A DNA stretch of 64,000 nucleotides from assembly GCF_018350175.1 (NCBI RefSeq), contig NC_058373.1, positions 99,636,001-99,700,000 on the forward strand. Direction: 5' to 3'. The position numbers were made by a program, and so were the translations under genes. The notes under the pieces are model-generated. The model ran no database searches, was not told the origin of the DNA, and worked only from the letters and a program-made list of their open reading frames with translations. Source of the DNA: Felis catus. Taxonomy: Eukaryota. How positions within the stretch are numbered: the stretch's first letter is position 1; every line of letters begins with the position of its first letter. Below, piece after piece: positions 21,837 through 34,712 of this stretch.

Positions 21837-22989
21837 GCAGCTTTTTTATAGAAAACAAATATCCAATATAAAATTTAATGTTCAGAAGTAGCACCTGCTA
21901 TCTGAAAGGTAATATATATATTTATATGTAAAGTACTCTATACAAAAGAGCACTTTTTATGATTTAAAATTTATATATTAGAGTTCTTATTTTGTTTGCA
22001 AAATGCTGATTCAGTGAGGTCACAGTCAACTGGTTAGTCATAATAAGTTGGTGAGTGACAACAGCTTTCTTTTGCAAACACAGTTTACAACTTTAAGTGA
22101 ATAATCCCAGTTTCTACAGCACAAATTCCAACAGATGTGTTATCAAACACTCATCTCTCAACTGTCCTTGAAACTATTAACACAAACTTTGCCCTCTTAG
22201 TAAATAGACTTAGATGCAACTGCAAATTTATGATAAACAGAGTAATTACAGATTTAACTCACACTCTATGGCAAATCACATTGTGAATATTCATTCACCA
22301 TCTTCCTTACCTATTTAATTTAGGAGCTAATTATTAATCCAATGCTTTCAATGCTTTCAATTCACAAAAGTACTTCTATCTCGCTTCTCAAAAGTTTCCC
22401 TACGAGTTTCTGTTTCAAAACAATTTGTCTTCTGATGTTAACTTCAATCTTAAATCAGGGCTGAACCAAAAATATTGAGATGGATAACAATTTGTTTCCA
22501 TATATACAATCTTAAAACAGTTTACCAGCACAATGTTGATTTCATTAGTTGTGTTTCAGAATCAAAGAATCAAAGAATACACATGATGGTGTATGTTTTA
22601 CCTTGTCCCTGTTATTATATACACACGCATGTTGTTATGGTTAAGAGGAGTCAAACATGAACACTGTAATTCTCTCATCTCTTGTGTCCTGGAAACCAAA
22701 ACTTCGGATATAGACAAAAGGAGATATAGGTATAACAAAATGAAGAGACAAAGTAAAAAACCCAGAGGCCTGAATTTGAATTTCCAGTATCATTAAGACC
22801 ACATGAGGTATTTTATCTTTATATTATATTTAGGATGTCCCAGTTGGGCAATTGTAAGACTTAAAATTTCAGAAATATAAGTGTTACAGCTTTATAAAGT
22901 ATATCATTCAAAGGTTTAATTATTTAAATGTATTTTATGTGTACTTAGTTTTGTGAATTTTGGATAATCATTTGCCACCTTTAATTAGG

Positions 22990-23670
22990 GGGACTCCTGA
23001 TGAAAGAACACCGTACCTCCTGTGGCCTTGTCCAGGGGGGTGAGCCTGAGAGGGATCAAGCCTCTAGATCCAGCTGTCACTTTGTAGGAACTACAGAGGA
23101 CAAGAGGGATATGTTAAAAGTCACTGTGAGCACACAGTCAGCAACATTGAGACTGAAAAAGCTGTCTGTCAGAGGTGCCTGGATGGCTCTGTAGGTTAAG
23201 CGTCCAACTTCAGTTCAAGTCACGATCTCACAGTTCGCGAGTTTGAGCTCCGTGTTGGGCTCTCTGCTATAAGTGCAGAGCCCACTTTGGATCCTCTGTG
23301 TCCCTCTCTCTCTGCCCCTCCCTGACTCTCGCATGTGTGCTCTCTCTCAAAAATAAATAAACATTTAAAAAATATTTTTAAAAAGCTGTCTGTCAAATGG
23401 TCAACATTCTTTAATAGATAAGTTGTCAGGAAAAGAAGGGTACAGAAGGAGAATTTATAGATTGTAAGAGTCTTCAAAGAAGTAAACTTCAAAAATAAAC
23501 AAGTCTAAATTATAGTGATGAGGGCATGCACCTAAGTGATGAAACTATAAATAAAGACCAGGAAGTGATGACTATGAAAGTCAGGATGGTGGGAGGGAAG
23601 GGCTTATGATTAGACAGGGCTCCTTGGTGGCTGGGAAGTTCTGTTTTGAGCTGCTTATTGATTACAAGGA
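22990..23670 (+). mobile_element. Old L1M (MC/MD-like) 3' UTR fragment
   Basis: gatcaagcctctagatccagctg...aggaactacagagga and ggaagtgatgactatgaaagtcaggatggt motifs. Confidence 0.55.
23172..23378 (+). mobile_element. CAN-SINE
   Basis: TSD aaaaagctgtctgtca. Canonical body. Confidence 0.9.
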
Positions 23671-23699
23671 TATTTGTCTTTTTTTAATGTTTGCTTATT

Positions 23700-23925
23700 T
23701 ATTTATCTATCTACCCACTTATTTTTTATTTATTTACTTTGAGAAAGAGAGAGAGAAAGCATGAGAAAGGGACAGAGAGGGAGAGAGAGGGAAAGAGAGA
23801 ATCCCAAGCAGGCTCCGTGCTGTCAGTGCGGAGTCTGATGCTGGACTCAAAGTCAACTGTGAGATCATGACCCAAGATGAAATCAAGAGTTGGACACTCA
23901 TCCAACTGAGCCACCGAGGTGCCCC
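23700..23925 (-). mobile_element. CAN-SINE
   Basis: Reverse head ctgagccaccgaggtgcccc, GA tract. Confidence 0.88.
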
Positions 23926-23941
23926 TCTTGTATTGCACTTT

Positions 23942-24171
23942 TTTTTTAGTTTTTTTTTTTAAGTTTATTCATTTTGAAACAGAGAGAGAGAGAGAGTGCG
24001 CCCATGCACAAGTGGGGAAGGGGCAGAGAGAAGGAGAGAGAGAATCACAAGTGGGCTCTGTGTTGCTGGCACAGAGCCTGATATGGGGCTCGAACTCACA
24101 AACTGTGAGGTCATGACCTGGGCAGAGATCAAGAGTCAGATTCTCAACCAACTGAGCCATCCAGGCACCCC
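23942..24171 (-). mobile_element. CAN-SINE
   Basis: Reverse head. ttgtattgcacttt on both flanks. Confidence 0.9.
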
Positions 24172-24189
24172 TTTTGTATTGCACTTTAC

Positions 24190-24535
24190 AGTCAGTCCTC
24201 CCTGCCTTGGTCCCTGGCAACCACTGATCTTTCTATTCCTATAATTTTGCCTTTCCCAGAATGTAATATAAATGAAATTCCACAGTAGGTACCCTGGGGC
24301 ATCTGACTGGTTTCATTAGCATACTGCACTTGAGACTCACCCCTGTCGTTGGTGCATCCATAATCATTTCCCCTTAGTAGTGGCTGCTCCCTCTTTTACT
24401 ACTGAGTAGAATGTTTATCCATTCACCAGTTGAAAGACTTTGGCTCGTTTTCAGCTTTTGGCAATTATTAACAAAGCTACTGTCAATATTTATATACAGA
24501 ATTTCATGTGCACATAGGTTTTCATTTCTAGCGAG
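24190..24535 (-). mobile_element. Old L1M 3' fragment
   Basis: cctggcaaccactgatctttct...ttttgcctttcccagaatgt...tttatccattcaccagttga. Confidence 0.7.
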
Positions 24536-24558
24536 TAACTTTTAGGTTTTTCTTTTTA

Positions 24559-24792
24559 TTTATTTATTTATTTTTTTAATTTTTTTTTTCAACGTTTATT
24601 TATTTTTGGGACAGAGAGAGACAGAGCATGAACGGGGGAGGGGCAGAGAGAGAGGGAGACACAGAATCGGAAACAGGCTCCAGGCTCTGAGCCATCAGCC
24701 CAGAGCCTGACGCGGGGCTCGAACTCATGGACCGCGAGATCGTGACCTGGCTGAAGTCGGACGCTTAACCGACTGCGCCACCCAGGCGCCCC
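24559..24792 (-). mobile_element. Young CAN-SINE (SINEC_Fc)
   Basis: TSD ggtttttcttttta (24545-24558, 24794-24807). Body nearly identical to 13798-14022. Confidence 0.95.
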
Positions 24793-25529
24793 TGGTTTTT
24801 CTTTTTAAATGCTATTCCTAATTTTTTGTCCTTTAGTTTATCAAGTGAAATGAAAGCCCAGACAGAAAGGGGGCAGCTGGGAGGATACTTCAGGTCCTGC
24901 AGAAGAAAGAGCTGGTTCATTTTCCCTTTTACTCTGTCTGGTGGCAAGCCTTTTAAGCCCCTTTAATTGACTTCTGATTTCTTTGAGTATTAAACCCCTG
25001 TCTCTGTTAGAAGTGGGACATTATAAGACACATATTTGAAAATTTAGCCTTGGCCAGGAGCTATAGCTGAAGTAGAGGCTAGAAGTCTCAATTAGGACTT
25101 TATTGATGAACTTCAAGAAAGTAGATTGTGTGGGCAGCTGCTTTGAGGAGACAAGACTGAGCCAGCCCTTTGCCTTACTAAATAAGAGTAAAAACTGGAG
25201 AATATTTAGAAAAGCCTTACCTTGAAAACATTATGAATATAAATATTAAACCACATTAGAGTCATGATCCCATCTTGTCAAATGTATACATATTCCGTAT
25301 GTTGTTTCCATATTTTTCTCTATCTAGTTATGACTGCAAGAGTTCCCTTTAAATCCTGACTTTTAAGTAATTAGTGTTGTCTTATATAACCCTAATCTTG
25401 TGGCTAAGCTATATTCAGTTATTTGTTACAGAAATATTAAATTTATTCATTATATGTCTGTTATAGGAAATTAAATTTGTTAAAATATTGTTTTTGTAGC
25501 CTATTAAATTTAAGTAAGCAGATTCAAGA

Positions 25530-26150
25530 AAGTGCTTAGATAAGTTGTAACTCAAGAGAGAAGTGTATTTCTGTCTCAGGTAATAGTCCAGAGGTAGGCA
25601 GACAATCTAGGTAAATAAGAGTTTCTATTCCACCAGGTCATTCAAGGGTCATTCAGGGAACCACGCTCCTCTCTTATTGCTCCATAATCACATAAAACAG
25701 AAGTCAGCAAACTTTTTCTGTAAAGGACCAAATAGTAAATATTTTAGCCTCTGTGAGCCATATGTGCTTTGTCATCACTTCTCAAGTCTGCTAATATAGC
25801 AGGAAAGAGGCCACAGATGATATGGTGGTGAATGAGTGTGGCTTTATTCTTATAAAACTCTATTTACAAAAACAGGTGGCAGGCCAGATCTGGCCCATGG
25901 ATCATGGTTTGACAAGTCCTGTCCTAGCATGTGGTCTTTGTGGTTGAAGCTCCATTCATGTTCTGGTCTGTGGGAAGGGCTAAGGAGGCAGTAGAAAGCA
26001 AGACATTATCCGGAAACAGACACATCATTTCTGCTAACATTCATTAATCAAAACGTACTCATCCATCCATCTACTTCCAATAGAGGCCCAGAAATGCTCT
26101 AGCTGAACGATCATGTGCCTACATAAAATGTGGGGGTTTGATAATAGAAA
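25530..26150 (-). mobile_element. Old MaLR (MLT1-type) LTR, interrupted
   Basis: agaagtgtatttctgtctc...gtccagaggtaggcag and cacatcatttctgctaacattcatt motifs. Confidence 0.55.
25698..25921. mobile_element. MER58A-like hAT MITE
   Basis: cagaagtcagcaaactttttctgtaaaggaccaaatagtaaatattttag...tatttacaaaaacaggtggcaggccagatctggccc...tttgacaagtcctg, with terminal inverted repeats. Confidence 0.8.
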
Positions 26151-26199
26151 GAAAGGAGACAGTGTATATTAAGGAACAATTTTAGTTTGGGGATGAAAT

Positions 26200-26880
26200 T
26201 CCTTTTCCCTATAAATGCTGAAGGCCTTGCTCCACTAGCATCTAATTTCAACGTTGAAGTCAAAAAGTCAAAAGCTCCTCTAATCAAGCCTTACCTTTAG
26301 CCTCTGTGATCCAAACTTTCCTAATGATATGCTCTGGCGTGATGTTTTTTTCAACCATTTGGCTGGGTATTAGTGGGCACTTTACATTTGAAACTTGTAT
26401 CCTTCAGTTCTGGGAAATTGTCTTGAATCCTTTCTCTGACAGTTTCTTCCCTTCCATTTTCTCTGTTCTCTCTTGCTTTAGTACCAGTTCAACTGATGTT
26501 GGATTTTCTGCATTGATTTGTAATTTAATTTTCTTTTCTCTCCTATTGTCTATCATTTAGTTTCTTTGCTCCCCTTTTAAAGTTGATGGTATCCTCAACT
26601 TTTGATTAAAACCCTTTAAATTTGTATTTACTATCTTGTTTTGAATTTCTAAAACATTCTTTTTTTGTTGTTGTTGCTATTTCTGAATGTTTTCTCTTTA
26701 GATCAATCTTAATTATTTTATTATGGATAGCATATATTCCCTAACCTAAAGTGTTCTGCTGCTGGTATTGTCTCTACTGCCTCTGAAATATTTCTCCTTG
26801 ACTATTTTATTTTCTGTCTTAAATGTTGGAGGGTGTCCTTAAGTATCTGGATATCCCACAGATGTCTATTTGTAGTTTAG
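26200..26880 (-). mobile_element. Old L1/HAL1-like ORF1 region fragment
   Basis: T-rich antisense L1-like sequence (tccttcagttctgggaaattgtcttg...ccttccattttctctgttctct). Confidence 0.5.
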
Positions 26881-26905
26881 AATGAGGTAATTTAAAAAAC
26901 AGATT

Positions 26906-26907
<2 letters not shown>

Positions 26908-26946
<39 letters not shown>
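26908..26946. repeat. A39 homopolymer
   Basis: Uninterrupted run of 39 A. Confidence 0.9.
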
Positions 26947-26949
<3 letters not shown>

Positions 26950-27956
26950 TGATTGTAAGCTCCATGCAGATGGACCGGACTTGTCTCATGGGGCAGTTTA
27001 CTTCCCTGCAGTGTGACCAGGGGAATGCTGCTTTTATTTCAGGAAATTACCACGTGTCAGTATTTGTAGGTCTTTTCGCTTGCCCAACAATGAGATTATG
27101 TGTTGTGTTTTAGAAATGAATATTCTTTAAGCTCCATTTTGTTTTTCCACTTTCACAACTGCAAAGAGAAATACCTAGGGAATTTACATAACTTCTACAT
27201 TGGAAAACTTAACTGTAACAAGGCAATTATGGTGATGATTAGTGGTTAAATTATAAGAAAACAGGTCAGAAAATTCAATTTCCCATGATGAATAAAGTTT
27301 ATAACTTAAGTGAACAAACACAATTCTATCTAGCAAATAGAATTTTCTACAGTGTACATAGTATATACATAATACAGCTGTTGTATTTAGAGGTTAAATA
27401 CCAAGGAGACTCTCTGCCCTTAGTAAGCAAATATGTACCAGGAAGTGTAACTATATTTTAAAGAGTCAAGCATGTGTAAACTAAAATATAAACTTAGAAC
27501 TTTGCCCCTTTGGCTCAAAATTTTCATTCCTTTTCTTGATACAATCAAATATAAGAATCCTTTAATTACACATCTCATTAACATGAGACAAATAACTCTG
27601 AATCCAAAACACTTGTTTCAACCAAGTTCTTCTTATTCCTTGTTTCTCATTATATATATTTATACCTTGTAACCTGTTCTTTTTAATTTTAAACAGGACC
27701 AAATTAAAGTATTTTCAAGTTAATCTATTTTCACAAGCCAGTCATTTTTTCCAGAAAGGCTCCCAATCTCCTACCTGGTGGGGGCAGGGGGAAAATGGGG
27801 AGAGAGGAAAAGAGGTAACAAATCCAACAGCTAACTATCGCATAGCCAAGAGAAGAAAGAGAACAGGAAGAGACCTCACCATACAGTTCACAATCTTCCA
27901 CTTAATCCTGATTTCAGTTAGGTACCTCACTCTCTACTTTAAATTTATTGAGTGCT

Positions 27957-28150
27957 GGGGCGCCTGGGTGGCTCAGTCAGTTAAGCATACAACTCTTGGT
28001 TTCTGCTCAGGTCATGATCTCACAGTTTGTGACATTGAGCCCAGCATCTGGCTCTGTGCTGACAGCACGGAGCTTGCTTGGGATTCTCCCTCTCTGCCCC
28101 TCCCCCACTTGTGCTTGCACTCTCTCTCAAAATAAATAAATAAACTTTAA
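27957..28150 (+). mobile_element. CAN-SINE
   Basis: ggggcgcctgggtggctcag head, aaataaataaataaac tail. Confidence 0.9.
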
Positions 28151-28449
28151 AACAACTTAAATTCATCCAGTGTCATCCTAGTGGAGTTTTGGGAGATAGG
28201 AGAAATAAGTCTGTGATCAGCATAACATACCTAATTGGTAACACTGACAGATTTCTTTGGAAGTAGGCAGCACTTCACTAATTATTCATGAAAATAAAAA
28301 ACAGAAAAAAAAAGAATGCTTAACTGTTCATTCTGTCAAAATATAAAAAACCAGAAGTGCCACAATTATGGAGTACTACACTTATTCTCTATGAAAAATT
28401 GTTGGTTTTGTCTTAGCAACTATTCTCCCCTTTTCCCTTAAGAATTCTA

Positions 28450-28717
28450 TTTTTTTTCCAGTTTTCTTGAAACATAATTGACACACACCACTCTATGAGT
28501 TTAAGATATATAACATAATGACTTGATATACGTATATTCTGAAGTGATTACAGTAAGCTTCATTAATGTATATATATCGCCTCATGTAGTTACCAAAAGA
28601 ACCTTTTGGATCTACTCTCTTAACAACTTTCAAGTATACCATACAGCAGTGTTAACTACAACCATCATGTTGTACATCACATCCTCAGTACTTATTTTTT
28701 TTATAACTAAATTTCTA
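28450..28717 (-). mobile_element. Old L1 (L1MA-type) 3'-end insertion
   Basis: Antisense L1 3' UTR (aacaactttcaagtataccatacagcagtgttaactac). TSD taagaattcta (28439-28449, 28718-28728). Confidence 0.8.
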
Positions 28718-28729
28718 TAAGAATTCTAA

Positions 28730-29260
28730 TTTTAATTGGGTGTCTTGCCATACAGCTAAAGATGGCATTTCCTGGCCTCCTTTATAGCTACATTTAGCCA
28801 TGTGAATAAGTTCTGACCAATGAAAAGTAAAAAGAAGTGATATATAGAACATCTGGGGTGTCTCCTTAAAAATGAAGAAAGCTTTGGGGCGCCTGGGTGG
28901 CTCAGTCGGTTAAGCGTCCGACTTCAGCTCAGGTCACGATCTCGCGGTCCGTGAGTTCGAGCCCCGTGTCGGGCTCTGTGCTGATGGCTCGGAGCCTGGA
29001 GCCTGCTTCCGATTCTGTGTCTCCCTCTCTCTCTGTCCCTCCCCTGCTCATGCTCTGTCTCTCTCTGTATCAAAAATAAATAAACGTTAAAATTTTTTTT
29101 TTTTTAAATGAAGAAAGCTTTGTTCTTCTTCCCTTTCTTCATCCCATTTTCCCGTAATCAGATGAAATGCTGGACCATCAATAGCCATCTTGGACAAGAG
29201 CCCTATCGTAAGATCGGTGGACTACACATCTTGAAGGGAGCTAGATCCATGGCATCTTCT
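28730..29260 (+). mobile_element. Old MLT1-type LTR fragment
   Basis: catttcctggcctcctttatagct...gccatgtgaataagttctgaccaatgaaaagtaa and gccatcttggac motifs. Confidence 0.6.
28886..29104 (+). mobile_element. Young CAN-SINE
   Basis: TSD aaatgaagaaagcttt. CpG-rich body. Confidence 0.95.
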
Positions 29261-29649
29261 AAATTAAAGGGTATAACTGAGTGAGTTATCTGTCTTTGTT
29301 GGGTTCTGGCAAATAAAATCTCCATTAATTGTCTAAAACCCTTGCTTTATCTTTTCCAAACATCTAGGCTGCAGAGGCTTATACTCCAGGCTGCCTCTTA
29401 CAGACGTTTAATTCCCTTCCTCAGTGCTAGCTTGTTCTTTTGTCCTGAATGACTTCCCTGCCTCTCTAGTAATCTTACATCCCAAGTACAACCCAGTCAC
29501 ACTGTGTTCAGATCAGATCAGTTAGATGCACCAGAGCTGTCAAATATTGACTCCAGACTCATCAACCCCAAAGCTGCAGCTACTGAGTTTTTCTTTAGCC
29601 AATACTCACTAGACTGTGCCTTTCAGTGACTCAGATTCTTCTCCTAAAG

Positions 29650-30590
29650 TGTGGGACACACTCATAGTTACCTGCTCACCTTTCTCCACTCTTATAACAG
29701 AATCTCAATTTTGTTTGAGAGTTGTATTAGTTTCCTATTGCCACTGTAACAAATCATCACAAATTTAGTGGCTTAAAACAACACAAATGTATTCTCTTAT
29801 AATTATGGAGGTCAGAAGCCTAATATGGAGGGTCTAGGGGGAAGTCCATTTCCTTGCTTTCTCTAGTTTCTAGAAGCTGCCTGCATTCCTTGGTTTGTGG
29901 CTCTGCATCATTCCAGCCTCTGCTTCCATTATTCCCTTCTCAGACTTTGACCTTCTTGTTTCCCCCTTATAAATACCCCTGTGATTACACTGAGCCCACC
30001 TGTTAATCTAGGATAATCTCCCCAACTCAAGATCTCTAACATACTCACATCTCTTAAGTTCTTTTTTCCGTGTGAGGTAACATAGTCACAGATTCTGGGG
30101 AGATTATTCTGCCTATCACAGGAGGCAATGAACCCAGTCCCAAAGGATGAATCACAATTAGTCTAAGCCAGCTATGGCAATTCTATTTGTTTACCTTTGA
30201 CAGTAACGTGTCTGTGAGGGGAACATGTGACTCATTGTGTCCAACGAGATGTAAGAAGTCTGGGGTGCCTGGGCAAGATTTTCTTCCTGATAGGAGAAGT
30301 GCAAGAGAGGAGAGCCTCACTTTTCTGACTATACACTTCCTCATCTTTTGGATGCTATCATGGGAGGACATGATACATAATGCGATTCCAAATACCTTGT
30401 CACCTAAAGAAAAGGCCAAGACAAAGGTAGAGATGCTGATTTAACAGCTTGACATAGTTTAGCCACTAATGCAACTCTGGAATCACTTACCCTTAGACTT
30501 CTCTTTAAATAAAATACTGAAATGTTTTTAGTTTAAGCAACTGTTAGGATATTTTGTTACTTGCAGCCAAAGGCATTCCAACTAAGTCTC
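29650..30590 (+). mobile_element. Old MLT1-type LTR hosting a nested MLT1 LTR
   Basis: aatcacaattagtctaagcca...gaacatgtgactcattgtgtccaacgagatgtaag...gtttaagcaactgttaggatattttgttacttgcagccaaa. Confidence 0.6.
29723..30120 (-). mobile_element. MLT1 (MaLR) solo LTR
   Basis: tgtattagtttcctattgccactgtaacaaatcatcacaaatttagtggcttaaaacaacacaaat...ttattctgcctatcaca, with TG...CA ends. Confidence 0.85.
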
Positions 30591-32899
30591 TCAATTGCAT
30601 ATCCCTTGGATTCTGTTACTTGCTTGCAAGAATCCTGGCTCCTAGAAAATAATTTCCAGCCGTACAGGAAAAAAATCAACATAAACAAAGATGGATGTAT
30701 TGGTGATTGATTTTTTTATCTCAAAGGAATCATATTTGAGCTTCCATACTCATGGAATCACAAGCTATCTTCTTTTTATCTTGTCTCATATTCTTCCCAC
30801 CCAAACATACACAGATGGTTTCTATGTCTGGTCTCAATACATATACATACTCAATACACAATATACTGGATGGTAAGTTAAAAAGGATAAGCCCCATAAA
30901 GTACCTAGAATGAGCTATATAGTAAGTGTTCAACAAATTGTAGCTATTATCATATATTTTCTGTGCTTGATGGCTGGCATTTTATTTTGGCCTATTAAAT
31001 CCCATGATTAATAATAGTGTCACCAAAGCCCCACCTTGAGACAAACTGGACTAAGAAGATGCCTTCTACATACACTGATCCTCTCTTGGAGAATTCATAA
31101 TCACACCCAATACTGAATAATCTCTGAGAAAACTCTGGGAAATTTTCACTTATTTTCCAATTGAGACCCCATGTTAGAAATTAATAATAATACTAACTTA
31201 AAGATGGGTATTTTCAGTAATGTTGAAGCCAGGCATCTCCCCCAAACAGATCTGGTGAGTACCTGTTTATCCATCCCTAGTACCTAGTACCATCCCTAGA
31301 TGAAGGTAGCACAAGAAGGCCCTTGGTCCATAAGAAGCTACATTATCCAGTGATCTAATGTTCTTCTAAAAATACCTCTTGAGAGAGGCTTTGCAAATCT
31401 TTCATCCCTACAGACTGAAATCAGTCCTGTCTGTCCCTCCTTAGGCAAATATGGGACTTTCCGTTATAATTCCTGGTTGAATAGACTGTTAAGAAGAATT
31501 CATCATCCCGTAACAAAACTTGGCAAGAATGCATGTAAAATAGCACCCAGAGAAATGACTTCTCCATGTCATGCTCAGAAGTCTAATTGGATTCTGGTTT
31601 CACACAACGACATAAAGCATTTGAGACAAACTGTTCCATGAACACTGACCAAGAAAATGTGTATTAGCCCATTTTAGAGAACTACATCTAGCCAATTCTG
31701 CTGATACTGGAAATATTGGATAGCTCTCATGGTTGCCTTCCTCTTGCCTAGAATGGTTCCTGGATAATGACTGCCAATAATATTTTTTGAATGAAATTTT
31801 TAAAACTTAGAGGGACCAGGAGGCTGCACTACAATGGTAGTCCAAAGGAAGTGAACTCTGAGCACTAAAGTCTTCTTTCGAGGCAAATAGAATTTTATTA
31901 TACTTCTTCAGGCTAATTTGTTTAAAAGTTATCTCATTGATGCTTAACTCCTTTGCTAATGTATCCTCAAACCTTTAATTTTCTATTATCCTGCGCTATC
32001 CCTTAAAGGAAAAGGCTCTTGTTTTTAACTTTATACATATTTTATGTATTTTCATTTTCTGCAAATTGATTTTGTACAGCCACTGGGAAAATGGACACTA
32101 GTTCACTTGTAGGTTGCATGTTTCACACAATATGGAAAAACTGTTTGACTTAATTTTTCTATTGAATTGGCCTGCTCCAGAACCATGCGGCAATACCCTT
32201 TACTCAACTCACGGGATAGAACTAAAATTCAATCCACATTGCATTTGGCATTTTAAATCCAAAGCCCTTAAAAAACCTCCCCACACCACAGGAAAAGCAT
32301 GAGCCAAATAGACAAGCTATGTAGAGAATCATTTAGCTGAGGCCAGAGAAGGGAATCCTTCCACATCCATCCTTGAGAGAGCAGCCCACAAAGGGATTAA
32401 GCAAGATGGTGCTTCAGTTCTCCCTGGGCTGTTTTCATGAGACTTCTTCATTCCTTTCTAAGTGCTGTCGGGTCCAGGATTCTAGGTGCACAGTCGCTGC
32501 TTAGCTGAGCCCCACCTGTGCAAGGAGCTACCTCACCATCGTGGCAGGTATCACTTCTCGTCCACCCAAATACCAGTCATGGTTGCACAATGGGCTGGTG
32601 TGTTGCCACATGGATATGGGTGGTGTGATATTTTGGTCACATTAACAGTCCTTTACACAAACACCCACCCCTTGCTGGCTGTGTCCTCATCAGCAAAACG
32701 GGTATTTGTAGTACTCAGACTTCAGTGAAAAACTCAACTTTTCTTCTTTTGCGGTGTTCAAAATATTTGGGCTCATCCTTGGGAGGATTAGAATTATTGT
32801 TCTCTCTCCTTCAGGGAAGGTAACTGTCCCCGGCTTCCATGGACAATCAATAGAGCTCATGTGTGAGAAACCAGGGCTCTGTCAGACCTGCCTTTCCTG

Positions 32900-34105
32900 A
32901 GGGACTGCAGCCTACATGCTCCATTTGCTCCCCTTTCCCTCTCTGCACCAGGAAGGTGAGCATGGCCGAGAGACTCACATTGGCCAATGAAGTGGGGGCA
33001 GAATGATGTGTCACTTCTGGAAGGAGGCATTTTTTTTGAAGGTGTAAGCACCTTTTTATTATTTATTTATTTTTTAATTTTATTTTTATTTTTTTTTAAT
33101 TTACATCCAAATTAGTTAGCATACAGTGCAACAATGATTTCAGGAATAGATTCCTTAGTGCCCCTTGCCCATTTAGTCCATCCCCCTCCCACAATCCCTC
33201 CAGTAACCCTCAGTTTATTCTCCATATTTATGAGTCTCTTCTGTTGTGTCCCCCTCCCTGTTTTTATATTATTTTTGTTTCCCTTCCCTTATGTTCATCT
33301 GTTTTGTATCTTAAAGTCCTCATATGAGTGAAGTCATATGATTTTTGTCTTTCTCTGACTGACCAATTTCACATAGCATAATACCCTCCAGTTCCATCCA
33401 TGTAGTTGCAAATGGCAAGATTTCATTCTTTTTGATTGCCGAGTAATACTCGATACCTCATCTTCTTTATCCATTCATCCACTGATGGACATTTGGGCTC
33501 TTTCCATACTTTGGCTATTGTTGATAGTGCTGCTACAAACATTGGGGTGTATGTGTCCCTTAGAAACAGCACACTTGTATCCCTTGGATAAATGCCTAGT
33601 AGTGCAATTTCTGGGTCATAGGGTAGTTCTATTTTTAGTTTTTTGAGGAACCTCCATACTGTATTCCAGAGTGGCTGCACCAGCTTGCATTCCCACCAAC
33701 AATGCAAAAGAGATCCTTTTTCTCTGCATCCTTGCCAATATCTGTTGTTGCTTGAGTTGTTAATGTTAGCTATTCTGACAGGTGTAAGGTGGTATCTCAT
33801 TGTGGTTTTGATTTGTATTTCCCTGATGATGAGTGATGTTGAGCATTTTTTCATGTGTCGGTTGGCCATCTGGATGTCTTCTTTGGTGGAAGGAGGCATT
33901 TTATTGCAGGTACTCAAACTCCAGTGTGCTCTTCTCTGCCTTGGTCATCAGAGTGGCACATGCTCAGCCCCAGCCTGTGTTCTTACATGACTATGACAAG
34001 CAGAACCCTCTTGCCCACCATGCAGGACAAGAGAAAAATAAGTCATTGTTATTTTAAGTCACTTAGATTTTTCTTAACTCCATGCAACCTAGTTCATTCT
34101 AACAG
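32900..34105 (+). mobile_element. Old MLT1-type LTR split by an L1
   Basis: tggccaatgaagtgggggcagaatgatgtgtcacttctgg before the L1 and aaataagtcattgttattttaagtcact after it. Confidence 0.65.
33034..33886 (-). mobile_element. 5'-truncated carnivore L1
   Basis: ORF2 C-terminus ([22 protein letters not shown]...HCWWECK), 3' UTR, A-rich tail. TSD tggaaggaggcatttt (33018-33033, 33887-33902). Confidence 0.93.
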
Positions 34106-34314
34106 GAACGTTAAGGATTGCTGTGTGTGAAAAAAGGCAAAATGAGGGTTTTGTGAAGGAAGGACTAAAGAGAGAAGTGGCAGCCCCAGGGAGAGCCTGA
34201 GGGGCAGTTTAAACAATGGGTCCCAGCCCAGAATGGGTGCGAGGCCTCTGTTCCTGAGAGTGCCCCACAGGCATTAGTGGCCAGAGAGTTTTGGGGCCAA
34301 GCATAGGACACTTC

Positions 34315-34518
34315 TTTTTTTTAATGTTTATTTATTTTTGAGAGACAGAGAATAAGCAGGAGAAGGAGCAAAGAGAGAGGAAGACACAGAATCTGAAGCT
34401 GGTTCCAGGGTCTGAGCTGTCAGCACAGAGCCTGACGCAGGGCTCAAACTTATGAACTGGGAGATCATGACCTGAGCTGAAGCCGGATGCTTAACTGACT
34501 GAGCCACCCAGGTTCCCC
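34315..34518 (-). mobile_element. CAN-SINE
   Basis: Reverse head, GA tract, T-tail. Confidence 0.9.
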
Positions 34519-34712
34519 AAGCTCAGGACATGTCTAAGGGAAGTGTTCCCATGCCTGGGAACGGAATAGGACCAGGCAACTGACCTAGTGCAGGAAGCAC
34601 ATGTCAAGGGAGCTTCCAGGGTCCAGTGGGCCAGAGGAGTCCAAGGGGGCACTGTCATTGCCAACAGCTCTAGGTGCTGTGGGACATTCACAGGAAGTTA
34701 AACGCAAGGTCT

